Shown: piece by piece, positions 25,502-38,672 of the stretch
How the letters are laid out: every line of letters begins with the position of its first letter
Position numbering within the stretch: position 1 is the stretch's first letter
NCBI RefSeq assembly: GCF_964204645.1
Contig: NC_134034.1
Coordinates: 2,418,072 to 2,482,071 of the forward strand
Reading direction: 5' to 3'
Source: Tubulanus polymorphus
Lineage: Eukaryota > Animalia > Nemertea
Length of the DNA stretch: 64,000 nt
Notes under the pieces: model-generated
The model's input: the letters and a program-made list of their open reading frames with translations, nothing else
Database searches by the model: none
What the model was told of the DNA's origin: nothing
Made by a program: the position numbers and the translations under genes

Positions 25502-27799
25502 CTGGTCTTTTAAGTTATGAGCTGGGCTATATATCTAAGATGGTCTTAGACTGAAACTTGGAACAGTCCCGAGTTGCCCACTAGCCCCGTGCGTTATTCC
25601 CAACCCATTTAGATATCTAAGCGGAGTCGTTCTCGTGTAGGTTGTCGCGCGACACGCACGTCGTCACTAGCTATACGCATAAATACTTCAGACATCTGCG
25701 CCGTCGAGAATCACACAGATAGTCAGCAACACAGCTGTGCGCAACAGCGGAGAACTAGAACATCGACTAGAACTCATAGTTTTCAAAACTCAAACTCACG
25801 AAAACAAACAGGCGTCCAACTCATTCCACACCGCGACGGAATTCTACTTCTAAAACTATAGGGAATAACTTTGAGGATGTTTTATCGTCAATATTTGCGC
25901 GCGTTGTGAATGTATATTTTTTGTCGACGAACGAACGACGCGTTCTAGATTGCTAAAACAATATACGTTCAGAGACCGGCGCAACAAACCTTGTTTGATG
26001 ATATAGAGATACGTAGAGAAAATAGGTCGACAAATAAACGCTTATGAATGTGACGAATTCGGTCAATACACACGAAAAACAACCGAGGTTTATAGACGCG
26101 AGTGAAGTCTGGATATCTATTTTGTGGATCTTTCTAGAGACTTGTATGTTGGAAAACTATTATGGGCCGATATTTAAGACGGGCCCGGCTGTAGAGTGCA
26201 GATAAAAGTCTTTTTTGTTGGAATTGACGCCGAGTCCTCGGGGATACGTAACTTCATATAGTTACTCTTGTGGGCGAGGCTTATATACGTCGATTTTTGG
26301 AATTCGGTTATCATATGTTGGAACCTGATTCCGATTCGGAGATCTTAAACTCTACTGAACTACCACCACCGCCGCCGATGTTTGACGGACCCACGAGGGA
26401 GCAAATAAACAGCGGAACTGTCATCGGCGGTATATAATTTCCCAGCCGGATCCGGTACAGAATTCACGCCGATTCGAAAACCGATTTAAGTTTGATAATA
26501 CGATATACGACGAGTTGATTAACTTGATAAACATACTCTCGAGTTCTCGGGCGCGCGTGTTCAGTTCAGTGAACGCGAGCTTAGATTTCAGGAATCCCAA
26601 CTCCACAAACAGGAATGCTATAGTTCGGTGGCGCAGTTACTCGCAGCGGGAAAGACTGGCGGTTAGTTTTTCCGACTGGTCGGTCTCGTTTCATTGCGCG
26701 TTTTAAGAGTTCGACGGGATTGCCGCCGCGAGCGCGTTAGATCTACTAAAAAAAAGTACCACGCCAGAATTCGGTCTTAACGTTCGATCTCGTCGCGTTG
26801 CCTTTAGACGTACAAAAATAGTAGAAGAAAATACTCGGATTTACGCAAAAACAAAACTTGCTCCTGTCATCTTCTGGTATGTACAAACTAACTTTAAATC
26901 TTAATGTTAAGACTTAAAAAATTGATACCTTGTTTCTCATTTGTGCTGGGTTTAAAACGGGCCGGCCGCCTATCTATTATCCTGGTATAAATGACTTTTT
27001 GCAAAATCGTGATCAATCTTACAATAACAGAACTAGAAGTTTTTATTATTTATTATTATTTTATTTTTCCATTAAATACAAAAATTCAAGATGGAGGGAA
27101 ACATGAAGAAACCTGTTAAGGTTTATATGATATTAAGTTATATTAAGTTATAGAAATGAACTGATAACGAATTCTATAGTTGATGTTTACATAATGACTC
27201 CCGGCTGGAAAGCAGAAACGAGGTATCATTTTTAGCCTAATGGGCCGGTTTTATAGACCAGTTTTAATTCAAACCCTGTAACACATTTGATGGATCGGAC
27301 TTGGAGTTACTTGGAGTTGGTTTTATGCGTTAGCTGAATACGTTAGCCGCAGTCGAAAAAATCTGTCGTTCTCGAAGGTTTTTAGATTATCAAATTCGTT
27401 TTTGAAGAACCAGGAATGAACCCGTGTAGTCCGAAATCTAAAACCCTACTGACTAAACCCGATTTACGTAGACTCTATGCGTATCCTGGATCTTTGATTT
27501 TATGTCGTCTAGTAGCCGACGCGATTTCAGGGAGAACTTTTTGAATTTTGGATTTAACCGATTTCTACTACTAAATCGTCCTAGGGAAATCGCTATTTTT
27601 CTGACTTTACTTTTTTACGTTACTAACCCGGAGAAACATTCAAAAGATTTTTTTTCTTTTTTGATGAATCAAAACCTATTTCACTCCGAGTGACTTACTC
27701 GTAGTAAAATGTAAAAGTTAAATGAAAAAATCATTATTCATCTAAAGATTATTTCCTTAGGACGTAATGGTATATATCTCAAAGAAACATTTTGTTCAG

Positions 27800-27938
27800 G
27801 GGCCAGTTGCACAGTCGTGGCTTAAGTCCAAAAGTGGTCTTAAATCTTAAAACTGGTCTTAAGCTGTTAGATTTGCTATAGAACTAAGTTGGTCTTTTAG
27901 ACTAGTCTTAAGTCTAAGCCGTGACTATGCAACCGCCC
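27800..27938. mobile_element. Harbinger-like MITE (family 1), intact
   Basis: TIRs GGGCCAGTTGCACAGTC / GACTATGCAACCGCCC with CAG...CAG target duplication. Confidence 0.85.
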
Positions 27939-28414
27939 CAGAAGACTAATTGTTCAGATCGCAGGCGCGTCCATGCAGTCTATACTTAGCGATGCTGTAA
28001 TCGAGTTTTCAGTGCGGATTTTATAGGATTTTCACTATCTTATAAAATTGAAATCCATGTTAGTCCTGCACTCGAGTAAACGCTTTTGCAAACTCGGCGA
28101 TATTGTATCGAATCGAGGTATCGATCTCTAAAGGTACATAAAACGCTTTCGGAATTTCGGAATTTTTTTCTCGAATTTTCACAATCACTTTCGTATACGG
28201 TTAGCTCTTATAGGTTTACGCGGGTACTATATTTATGAGTTTAAACTCTATGGAGGAGGAAGTTATTCGAGGATTTATTGGTTATGCGTGGTGTTTATAG
28301 ATGTATCTGAACTGACACAGTGTCTGAGGTAATGAATGGGGTTTGTTGTTTTGTGAAGCCATTAATCAGTACCGGGATCGATTAGATAAAGGGTCCAAGA
28401 ATGCTAGTATATAT

Positions 28415-28620
28415 GAGGAGAGAGATGTAATGAGATGCGAGAGGGGCAGGCAGGAGGGGAGGGAGAGTGGTGGGAGAGGGGAGGGGGAAGAGGGGAGATG
28501 GGAGAGAGGATAAAGAGGGCGCGATGGTGATAGAGTGATGGTAGGGGAGAGGAGGGGAGAGAGGAAGAGAGAGGGGCGTGAGGGGAAGGAGAGGAAGGAG
28601 GGAGATAGGAAGGGGGACAA
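28415..28620. repeat. Purine-rich low-complexity tract
   Basis: G/A-rich with no regular unit. Confidence 0.8.
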
Positions 28621-30774
28621 TGCGTAGGATACTAGATTTAGATAATTCTTTGACATTTGACGTTGCAGAAGCTACAACAATGAATTGGATGAAACGTTCT
28701 TCGTGGAAAGAATCATAGCGGCAGGTCGGGTATTATCTTACTTGAAAGATCATATTCAACTCGGCTTTGAAGGAGCACAAACTAGGCGAAATTTGAAACA
28801 CGGCGCGCGCGCACCGCGCACACCGCCGCACCTATGTGAGGGTTAGGTATTCTAGTCGAGGATCTGAGAATAAGGCCCGTGTCATTGTCAGTGATATCGG
28901 TTTAGAAACGGCGAGGTTTGTTTGTTTTCTGACAAACTGCCGTGTTTGTCGAAGTACAATTCTTGTATCGGGTTCGTCGACAAGCGGTTCTCCTCGCTAG
29001 CGCTGATGCTGGATTTGTTTCGAGCGCGCACTACCCGCTTCCATTAGTCTATTTATAAATAAGTGGAAAAGCGCGCTCCGATATTTTTCTAAAATCGTTT
29101 TTCTTTCTCTCGTTTACGAATTTTTTCCCCGGTTTTATCGTTCTATTTTTCTGTGGAATGATTATTGAATTGAATAGAATTGAGAAAAAAGATTGTTATA
29201 GGAGAATGGATCACCGCTAATCTTTCGTCGTCAAAACTCAAGTTTTTCATCAAGGGACTTTGACCTGTATTCGTCAGCTCCCGAATCCATACATTTATCA
29301 CAGCACCTGGCATACTTTTAAATCTATTTTTCTACTCAGCGATTGGTATCGTTTTCATTGATAGCTGATTAATTTAAACGACACGTTCATTCAACCTTAA
29401 CCGAAACGTATAAGAAATCGAACGCGGGAACGTCTGGGCAACTGCTAGCGCACCTGGTGGATCCTCACGTGCCATAAGCGGAATCGTCGATTGCCAAAGT
29501 AGCGATGGAAGTTCCCATTAGCCGTGGCTTTCGAAAGATCGACAGTATCGCTAGAACCGATAATGCGGACAATGCAGTTCGCGGTTAGCCATCAGTACCT
29601 GACTCACGGCGAGCCAGAGCGAAATCTATATAATGTAAATGCTCTTGTTATACTTGAATGTTTTTGTTATGAATGTTTTTATTTTTCCCTCTGACTTCCG
29701 TAAGCGTTTGTAAACACAAGCTTTTTGTTTCTCTACTTAATCATAGAAATGATCGGACTTTTCAGGTGTTATCTGAACCAGTTCTTGTTAAAGCGAGTTC
29801 ATTTTTTCCAAAATGTTCAACAAGCTTGATTTCTAAACTTCAGATTCTGAATATCGTCGTTCGAGCCTCTAAAAAGAGAAAATGTGAGATTCACTTTCCC
29901 GTTTGAAGCAAACTAATTAAAACAATGAAAACTTCGCCAGGTAAAAGTCGCGTCGATAGCCTTGGAAATCTTTTGAATTTCTGACTTTTTCGAAAACATC
30001 TGAACTGTTGTGTGGAAAGAGAATGTTTCTTCGAGAAGGACAGCGACACAAACCTGATTTGCGGTCGAATGGGGCTCCCTCATCTCTATTCACTCTTCTC
30101 TAATTCCTTTCAACCCCCATCTTCCCTCTCTTTCTTCTCTCATCTATCTTGTCTCTTTTCTTCTCTCTTGCTCTTCCCATTCCCGCGACCACATCTTGCA
30201 ATTCCCCCTTTATATCTATATCAAAGACGAATAAGAACTGATTTCCTTTAATGTCGCCTGAAACTTCGAACTGAAACTCAGTAAAATTCCATTCAACTCG
30301 CCTTCAACATCACCTGATACCAACCGGTCCTAAAACCCTTGATCTAACGGATCATACGAAACTAGGGCAATTAACGAGAATCAACAGATCTACATCGATC
30401 GATTGATTCCTTGGCGAACGGACGGACACCGCGCAGGGCGTGGCCTTTTCAATCAGGCATCGGACCAGGGATCAGGCGGATATTGGGGCCGCGGATGACC
30501 AAGGACGGTGGGATCGATCCTCGCGCAGACAGGCGAGATCGTCGATCAGGAACCAGGGGGATTCTCGCATTAACCGTCAAATGAGATTGGTGGCTGCGAA
30601 ATTGAATAGCGGTCACGTGACCGGTTTGTTGATTGCGAGGCCGACAGGTTTTCCGACATAAATAATTCAACTGTTGTTGCAGATGGGGAGAGGAGGGCGG
30701 GGGTTAGGGGGTGATGGGGAGTCATATTAGTTACGAATTATCAAAAGGTCAAACTAACGATCTTCCGCTGCATA

Positions 30775-30975
30775 TGTCTCCAGTGCTTCACCTGAGACAT
30801 TTCTAATTGAAAATGAACTACAAATACCAGACATTAGACATTTTATCAGCACACTTTCAAAAACTGATCATCCACACTTCACATGTGTTCAGAACTTCAC
30901 CTGAGACATTTTTTATAGAAACTGAACTACAAACACCAGACATAAGACATTTTACCAGCACACTTTTAAAAAAAT
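30775..30975 (+). repeat. ~109-bp dispersed tandem repeat (2 units)
   Basis: CTTCACCTGAGAC at 30786 and 30895. Confidence 0.85.
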
Positions 30976-32008
30976 CGTCCTCAGTTTAAGTGAAAGCGTG
31001 AATGGCTAGATGTTGGTTATTAAGCCGATTATGCTCCTGATGGGTTATTGGCGAGGCAAACTCGATGGTTTTTAAGCTCGGCTTTCATTGACACCTAGAC
31101 GCATATTGCTAGCCGGTGGAGATCGAAGGAACGGCCAATCGTTCTGACACACACGTACATGCACACGCATACTCACATATTAATTGTGATGAACGATGCA
31201 CACATGTTATATTTCACAATATTATAAGCTATTTGATAGAAATCGATCGCGATATTGTTGTTGTGTGGACACGAAGAGCCATTATGACAATCAATAGGTC
31301 TTAATCTGCAAACCCTCGCCACAACGTTACAATATCCACACCGAAACTCGATGTGGCGCCATATGATCGCCTGAATCTAAACGTGAATAAAACTGAAGAC
31401 CCGCTATCCAGCGAATCTAACCATGCCTTTTCGGATAGATATTCTAGCTTTTGGTCAATCGATCTACGATTTGCGATATGCGATGTACGGTACCAATTGC
31501 CACGATCAGTTTCAGTTTCAGTTTAGTTTATTCACTCCACAAGTTATAATAACATTGCACAGAGCACAAAAGTAGCGCATAGATTACAGCATATTACAAA
31601 AAATATAATGATATTATTAATAATAATTATATTTATAATAATAACAATTATGATAATAGTAAAAATAATAATTATAGTGATAGCAGTAATATAATACTTA
31701 TAATAATAATAATTATAATTATAATGAAATTATAATGCAAAAGATGAGGCGGAATTGTAGTATCGAGATCCGATAATTATACACTATATTAGGTAAATGA
31801 TTTGATACCTTTTTTAATGAATATCGCCAGATTGAGCAAAGTTTTACCTCTCGAACAGAAAAGGTTATGTAAGGTATTTTCATTGGGATGTCGCCAGTAG
31901 TAACTAGGTATAAATTTGTTTCTCAGGCTTTGAAAAAAAATCATGTGTAGACGATTTGGCTCGGGTCAGACTGTCGCGGACCAGAGTTGATTTAAGCTTA
32001 TACTCAAG

Positions 32009-32115
32009 GATCCAGTTCCACAGTTGTGAGTAAGAGTCAACGCTGAGTTAAAGTTAGTTCATTTTCGATGAGTTAGCTCAGGGTCAAATCTTAACTCCGA
32101 CTGTGGAACTGGACC
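32009..32115. mobile_element. MITE (family 3), probable source of the 39-bp and 35/36-bp minisatellites
   Basis: TIRs GATCCAGTTCCACAGT / ACTGTGGAACTGGACC flanked by AAG...AAG. Confidence 0.75.
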
Positions 32116-33404
32116 AAGGACTTCATTTCACTGGGTTGATTATTTTACTAAGATGAACTAGATTTGAGCATTTTTCAAGTCAACTTTCAATTGTGGGAGC
32201 TGCGCCTCGACGGCAGATTCGCAGACGACAAATGCTCTAATGATTTGTATTGAAATAATGAATATATCACTAACATTTATAGTGTTGTGTATAACGAGGA
32301 TTTCAGTAAATAATTTGAATACGTATCAATTACGCGCAAATGTGACCTGACAATGTGATACTCTTTCACTGGTTCACGCTTCATACAATATGTCGCAATT
32401 TTGTTCAAACGTTTCGACTCCATATACATCCCGTCCTCGCTTGCTAGTGTTTGATTGCCTGCCGTTGTGACTGGGGCCGCTGAGCGGCAACCTGTCCACT
32501 CTGGAAATATTGGGCGGTGTATAGACCAATATTGTGCGGACAGGGTTTTTGTTAGCGTGAGATTCAGCGGGAGGCAATCAAACCCTGGCGAGCGAGGATG
32601 GTTTATCCTAATTCCCATCGTCAGATATTCTTAAACATCTCAAGGTTTTCCAGACGATATGACCACGGATAAAGTCGATACGTTGAATTAAACCACTACA
32701 GCCCGATGAAACGCTTCGCGTCTGTTGCTTTCCTTTACGCGATCGGGTGTTTTTACGTTTCGGGGATGAAAGCTCGAATTCTTCGACGGGTTCGAAATGA
32801 TGAACGAATCTGGATTCTACATCGCCGTCGACTCAGCCGACGGGCGTACTTACATATACAGAGATCGAAACAGTAAACCGAGAAGGAGAGAGAGAAGGAG
32901 AGAGAGAAGGAGAAGTTTTACTTATTCAATTACCGCGCGGGATTATTAACGACGAGTACTAACGTAACAGTGTCACAATGCGCGCTGGCTAATCGGCTGC
33001 CGGATTTTAATTCTGGATTCGCGTCCCCCGACGGAATAAGGCCGGCAAAGCGGCTTTGAACTGTTAACAATCCCCGGGCGCTTGTTGTAGCCGTTAAATT
33101 CGTTTGAATCCTGTCTAATTGGTCTATTGAATTCTAGGCTGTCGCTTGTTTAGCGTCGTATCGAACGCTGCAGTGTGACGGGTAATTGCCTCGCTAAACA
33201 CTGGTTAATTCGTAGACATATGTATCCAGCTAGTTGCGATTAATACTAATTTATTGATGTAACTCTCCAGAAATTTCACTGTCCGTATGTTGCTGAAATG
33301 CCGCAATAATTAAGCCAAAGATGTAAAGTTCTCGAGTAAAAGAGCACATATTATTCGATGCAAAGTGTACTGACCTGGAGCCGGTCGCTCTTTAAGTTGC
33401 TTAA

Positions 33405-33692
33405 CCCTTTCAGTGCTGGCTAATTAATACCCTATAGTGCTGGAGATAATTTGAAAATTCTGAAAAATTCCACCCTAGTGTGTTGAATAACGGGAATAGC
33501 GCTATAGTGCATCTACACCCTGGCGCGGTATATCGTTAGTTACTAATATTTCTCTATGTTTGCCAGGTGCTGCCATCTTTCAAGAGAGATAATTAGTAAT
33601 TACTAATTAAATCAATACACCGCAGTGCGGTGTACTAGCAAAATCCATCACTGATTCGTACACCGCACTGCGGTGTAGACGCACTGAAAGGG
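33405..33692. mobile_element. piggyBac-like MITE
   Basis: TTAA|CCCTTTCAGTGC...GCACTGAAAGGG|TTAA, a perfect TTAA duplication. Confidence 0.9.
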
Positions 33693-33796
33693 TTAAAGAT
33701 AACCAGCGGATAAATACCGTAGTAACAATGGACTTTTAATTGTCGCTACGTCATCTATCCATTGATTAACTCCAATAACCAACATTTGAGCAACAG

Positions 33797-33938
33797 GGGC
33801 CGGTTGCATAGTCATGACTTAAGACCAGTCTCAGACCAACGTAGTTCTATAGCCAATCAACTAATCCAACAACTTTTAAGACCAGTCATAAGATTTAAGA
33901 CCACTTTTGGAGTTAAGTCACGAATGTGCAACTGGAGC
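33797..33938. mobile_element. Harbinger-like MITE (family 1)
   Basis: GGGCCGGTTGCATAGTCATGACTTAAG...TTAAGTCACGAATGTGCAACTGG. Confidence 0.8.
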
Positions 33939-34429
33939 CTGCTGGTCCTGCATCTATCCCTGAGTACGCCTGATGATGGCCAATGGTCTTTAGCCGAAAC
34001 TTTGCTCCAGTCTTTTACTTAAAAGCTTAACATCTTTGGTTGAATTATTGCGGCATCACTCTCGTAGATTCATTTTAAACGGATATTTCGTATCATCTCG
34101 ACTGGAATTCTACCGTCCTTAGAATTTCGATTATGCCCGAAGAGCGATATTGCAGTGTAGTCGGTTTCGATACGTAAACCACTTTGACCCTTTAATTTAC
34201 TCAACCCGCCTAACACTTTTATAAAATAACCCCTCTTTCAGGTTTCGAGACAAGATCTAAGCGTAAAATGTTGTTTACCGGTTTCAATCGTTGTAGATAT
34301 TGAATATTGATAATATGAAGTAGGTTTTACCGATTTTGGAATAATTACCATCGATGGTACGGAGTGGTACTGATAGTATTGCGGTACCAATAGTACAGCG
34401 TGTAATTATTGTGCTCCAGTGGTAGTAAT

Positions 34430-35760
34430 ACCGATGGTACAAATTGGTGGTATGGCGGTACTCAGTGATACCGATTGTACAAATTGGTATGGTGGTACAG
34501 AGATAACAGTGGTAAAATTTGGTATGGTGGTACAGAGATAACAGTGGTACAATTTGGTATGGTGGAACAGTGATAACAGTGGTACAATTTGGTATGGTGG
34601 TACAGTGATAAAAGTGGCACAATTTGGTATGGTGGTACAGTGATAACAGTGGTACAATTTGGTATGGTGGTACAGTGATAAAAGTGGCACAATTTGGTAT
34701 GGTGGAACAGAGATAACAGTTGTAAAATTTGGTATGGTGGTACAGTGATAACAGTGGTACAATTTGGTATGGTGGTACAGTGATAAAAGTGGTACGATTT
34801 GGTATGGTGGTACAGTGATAAAAGTGGCACAATTTGGTATGGTGGTACTCAGTGATAACAGTGGTACAATTTAGTATGGTGGAACAGAGATAACAGTGGT
34901 ACAATTTGGTATGGTGGAACAGAGATAACAGTGGTACAATTTGGTATGGTGGAACAGAGATAACAGTGGTACAATTTGGTATGGTGGAACAGAGATAACA
35001 GTGGTACAATTTGGTATGGTGGTACAGAGATAGCAGTGGTACAATTTGGTATGGTGGTACAGTGATAACAGTGGTACAATTTGGTATGGTGGTACAGTGA
35101 TACCAGTGGTACAATTTGGTATGGTGGTACAGTGATAAAAGTGGCACAATTTGGTATGGTGGAACAGAGATAACAGTGGTACAATTTGGTATGGTGGTAC
35201 AGTGATAAAAGTGGCACAATTTGGTATGGTGGTACAGTGATAAAAGTGGCACAATTTGGTATGGTGAAACAGAGATAACAGTGGTACAATTTGGTATGGT
35301 GGAACAGAGATAACAGTGGTACAATTTGGTATGGTGGAACAGAGATAACAGTGGTACAATTTGGTATGGTGGAACAGAGATAACAGTGGTACAATTTGGT
35401 ATGGTGGTACAGTGATAAAAGTGGCACAATTTGGTATGGTGGTACAGTGATAAAAGTGGCACAATTTGGTATGGTGAAACAGAGATAACAGTGGTACAAT
35501 TTGGTATGGTGGTACAGTGATAAAAGTGGCACAATTTGGTATGGTGGAACAGAGATAACAGTGGTACAATTTGGTATGGTGGTACAGAGATAACAGTGGT
35601 ACAATTTGGTATGGTGGAACAGAGATAAAAGTGGTACAATTTGGTATGGTGGTACAGTGATAACGATGATAGAAATTGGTGTGGTGGTACTTAGTGATAC
35701 CGAAAGTAAAAAGTGGTATATAGGTTGGTATGGTGGTACAGTGATAACAATGGTACAGCC
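34430..35760. repeat. 35-bp minisatellite, ~38 units
   Basis: GTGGTACAATTTGGTATGGTGGWACAGWGATAAMA; explains the 451/318/251-aa ORFs with 35-aa periodicity. Confidence 0.97.
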
Positions 35761-36605
35761 TCATGAAAGGGATACCGAAGCCTGCATCGTTGTTTAAGGC
35801 GGTACAGCGATGTCGCGTGTCTTTCACTTGGCGTGCGCGTTCAATACAATGAGGCGATTCATTCCCGGTTCTAATAAATCATGTCGCTGCTCCGAGTTAC
35901 ATTGTCAAGTGTGGAGCCGGGCATTCAAACTGCCATTTCTAATTTATAGTTGGTATATATCGTACTTAAAAGGCAGAATTTCGAAGCGAAGCGGGGTCTA
36001 TTCAATAATTCACCGGCTCTTCCGGCGATCAAAGAACCGCGTTCGATGAATATTACGAATGGATATACAAGACATTTAAGACAACCGTAAGATAACCAGT
36101 GGATAGTTGACATAGCGACGATTAAAAGTTCATTGTAACTATAGTATCGATCGACTCTTAAAGCAACCACTGATGGGCAACTTAACTGATCCCAGAGCCA
36201 GGTATCACGAACGAGGATTTACTTTTAATTCGAATTATGGGATAATTCGATTCAAAAATGCTAAATTCGGGTTTTTTTTAGTAAATTCGACGATTAAATC
36301 TGTTTCACAAACGCGAATTAGCCAAAGATCAACTAATTCGAATTATCTCCGAATTTAATATCGCAAAACGCATTTTAGTCCTAAGACATGAACGTCAAGC
36401 TTAATCCCCGTTAGTGCAGCGGGCGGTTTCTAGGTGTGAAAATACACACAACCACATATATCAGTGAGTAATATAGCGTGTGAGCGACGCCATTTTTACC
36501 AAAACCGCGCACAATTATCACCTAAACAATAGGGACCTAGCTGGCAATTTCTGTAGCACAATTCTCTCCCACATTTCTGTAGTTCATCTCGAGGCCAGCA
36601 TTATC

Positions 36606-36845
36606 TGCGGTAGTTGATGTCCTACTGCACGCTAGCGACATCTGGTGGATCCCCATTTGCCATAAGTGGAATCCTCTATTGTCGCAGAAGTTAAAGTCCT
36701 ACAGCTCACTAGCGACACCTGGTGGATCCTCATTTGCCCAAAAATGGGAATCTTTACTACCGCGGTAGTCGATGTCCTACTGCACACTAGCGACACGTGG
36801 CGGATTCTCACTTGCCACAAGTAGAAACCTTTATTGCCGCTGTAG
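36606..36845 (-). repeat. 77-bp minisatellite cluster
   Basis: 3 units. Confidence 0.85.
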
Positions 36846-37479
36846 TTTTTGTGCCGATCGTCGACGCTTAGTTTTAAACATGATGGGAATGTTTACACAT
36901 GTAGCTTGTTAACGTAGTGTTGAGTTCGTTGAGTACTATTCGCACGCTTATCGTCGCGGGTAATGTTAGTAACAGATAACAATCGCGTTTCTACGGTTTT
37001 AAATCATGTTGCGTAAGCTCAATTTTCATCATATCATCGACCGTTCAGTTTTCCCGTCGTTTAAGGTATTAATCGATTCAAATTCAAAACAAACGAACGC
37101 AAACAGACACAGCAGCTCTTATCTCAAAGCACAAGATTGGTTGTTGCGGAACAGAACTAAACATAGAATTGTGATAAATCAATTTTTTCGCTCTGATAAA
37201 ATCTCAAACTGTAACTTTTTGTCGAGGGCTTGGGGAAATATTGGAGACATTTCTAAATCGAATCAGTCGAGATGATAGTGAAACCTGAAGTGGACCAGGA
37301 AATCAGTTATTTATTAACGATGGTTCTATGTACAGTTGAACCTCGTTACAACGAACTTCTGGAGTACAGAAAATCTGTTACGTGCTGTATGAAATTTTTG
37401 AAATCGTTTCGATATTGCGACGAAATCCTGAGTTTTTAACGATGACCGTTAAATCATTATAACGTTATAACGAGGTTCC

Positions 37480-37790
37480 GAGAATCCACCTGTGGCAAGT
37501 GAGGATGCACCAGGTGTAGCTAGTGTACAGAAAGCCATCAACCACTACGGTAATGAGGAGTTCACTTGTGACAAGTGAAGACCAACCTCCAGGTGTCGCT
37601 AGTGTGCAAGTAGGACATCAACTACTGCGCCGCAATCGAGGATTCCACTTGTGGCAAATGAGGATCCACCAGGTGTCGTTAGTGTGCTGTAGGACATCAA
37701 CTACTGTTGTACAGGAGGACAAGTGAGGATCCACCAGGTGTCACTAATAGTTACCCAGCAACACTCTGTGGCAAGTGAGGATACCACTTA
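37480..37790 (+). repeat. 77-bp minisatellite cluster
   Basis: About 4 units, some partial. Confidence 0.85.
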
Positions 37791-38369
37791 TGCAGCACGG
37801 AAAAGTAAATTCATGTTACTGCGGTGGTGGCTGACGCTGCTTCCCGCCCCGTTCGGACGAACTGGGACTGGCTTAATCTGTCCCTGGTTAAGCGAAAGTC
37901 TGAGTTATCGATCGGGAAATACTTTCAATGAGTTTGGCTATGATTTCGTGTTCGCCCGAAAGATCGAATTGGTCATATATCTGAGTAAGGCGTACTTTGC
38001 TGTGGTTGAAAAGGAACTATTTTTGACTTACGTAAACAAGAAGACTTACTACGTATTTGATATGCCAACTGGTTGAAACGCCTTCGGTGCTGCATCGCCC
38101 ACCAGGAAACCATATGTAATTGCAGGAAATCTAAGTTTCAGCAAAAATCCCATACACGACGCAGCAGTTTCGATGTAGTAGTTCGAATGAGTTTTTTTCC
38201 GCCGCTTCATGTCGAGAAAAATGTGCAATGAATCAGGTCTATGTTTAAAGATCGCCCGGATGTAATATACTAACACCTGTGGACCACACCTAAGGGTCGA
38301 GTTACATGTACTAGATCGACAACATTGCGTCCAAAACTAGCCGTATAACCTTGTCAACTATCGCAGAAT

Positions 38370-38672
38370 GAACCCAATTCCACAATTATGTGGGTTTAAT
38401 CGACTCTCGATCCAGTTTCCCAGTTGTGAGGGTTTAATTTGACTCTGAATCCACTTCCACAGCTCTGTGGGTTTATCTTGACTCTGAATCCAGTTCCACA
38501 GTTCTGTGGGTTTATCTTGACTCTGAATCCAGTTCCACAGTTGTGTGGGTTCAATTTGACTCTCGATCCAGTTCCACAGTTGTGTCGGTTTAATTTGACT
38601 CTGGATCCAGTTCCACAGTTGCGCGGGTTTCATTTGACTCTAAGCTCAATTCCACAGTTGTGTGGGTTTGAT
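38370..38672 (+). repeat. 39-bp minisatellite array
   Basis: About 8 units. Confidence 0.92.

Larger units (their letters stand above)
33298..34058 (+). mobile_element. Penelope-like palindromic relic enclosing nested MITEs
   Basis: Inverted arms ATGCCGCAATAATTAAGCCAAAGATG...GTAAAAGA / TCTTTTAC...CATCTTTGGTTGAATTATTGCGGCAT, with a hammerhead-like CTGATGATGGC...GCCGAAAC at 33970-34000. Confidence 0.55.

Noticed and set aside
26105-26280. Short hairpins considered as pre-miRNAs
   Set aside because: Stems are too short or imperfect and I recognise no mature miRNA.
34284-35827. Long Cys/His/Tyr-rich ORFs (451, 318, 251 aa)
   Set aside because: Translations of a 35-bp minisatellite cycling through three frames.
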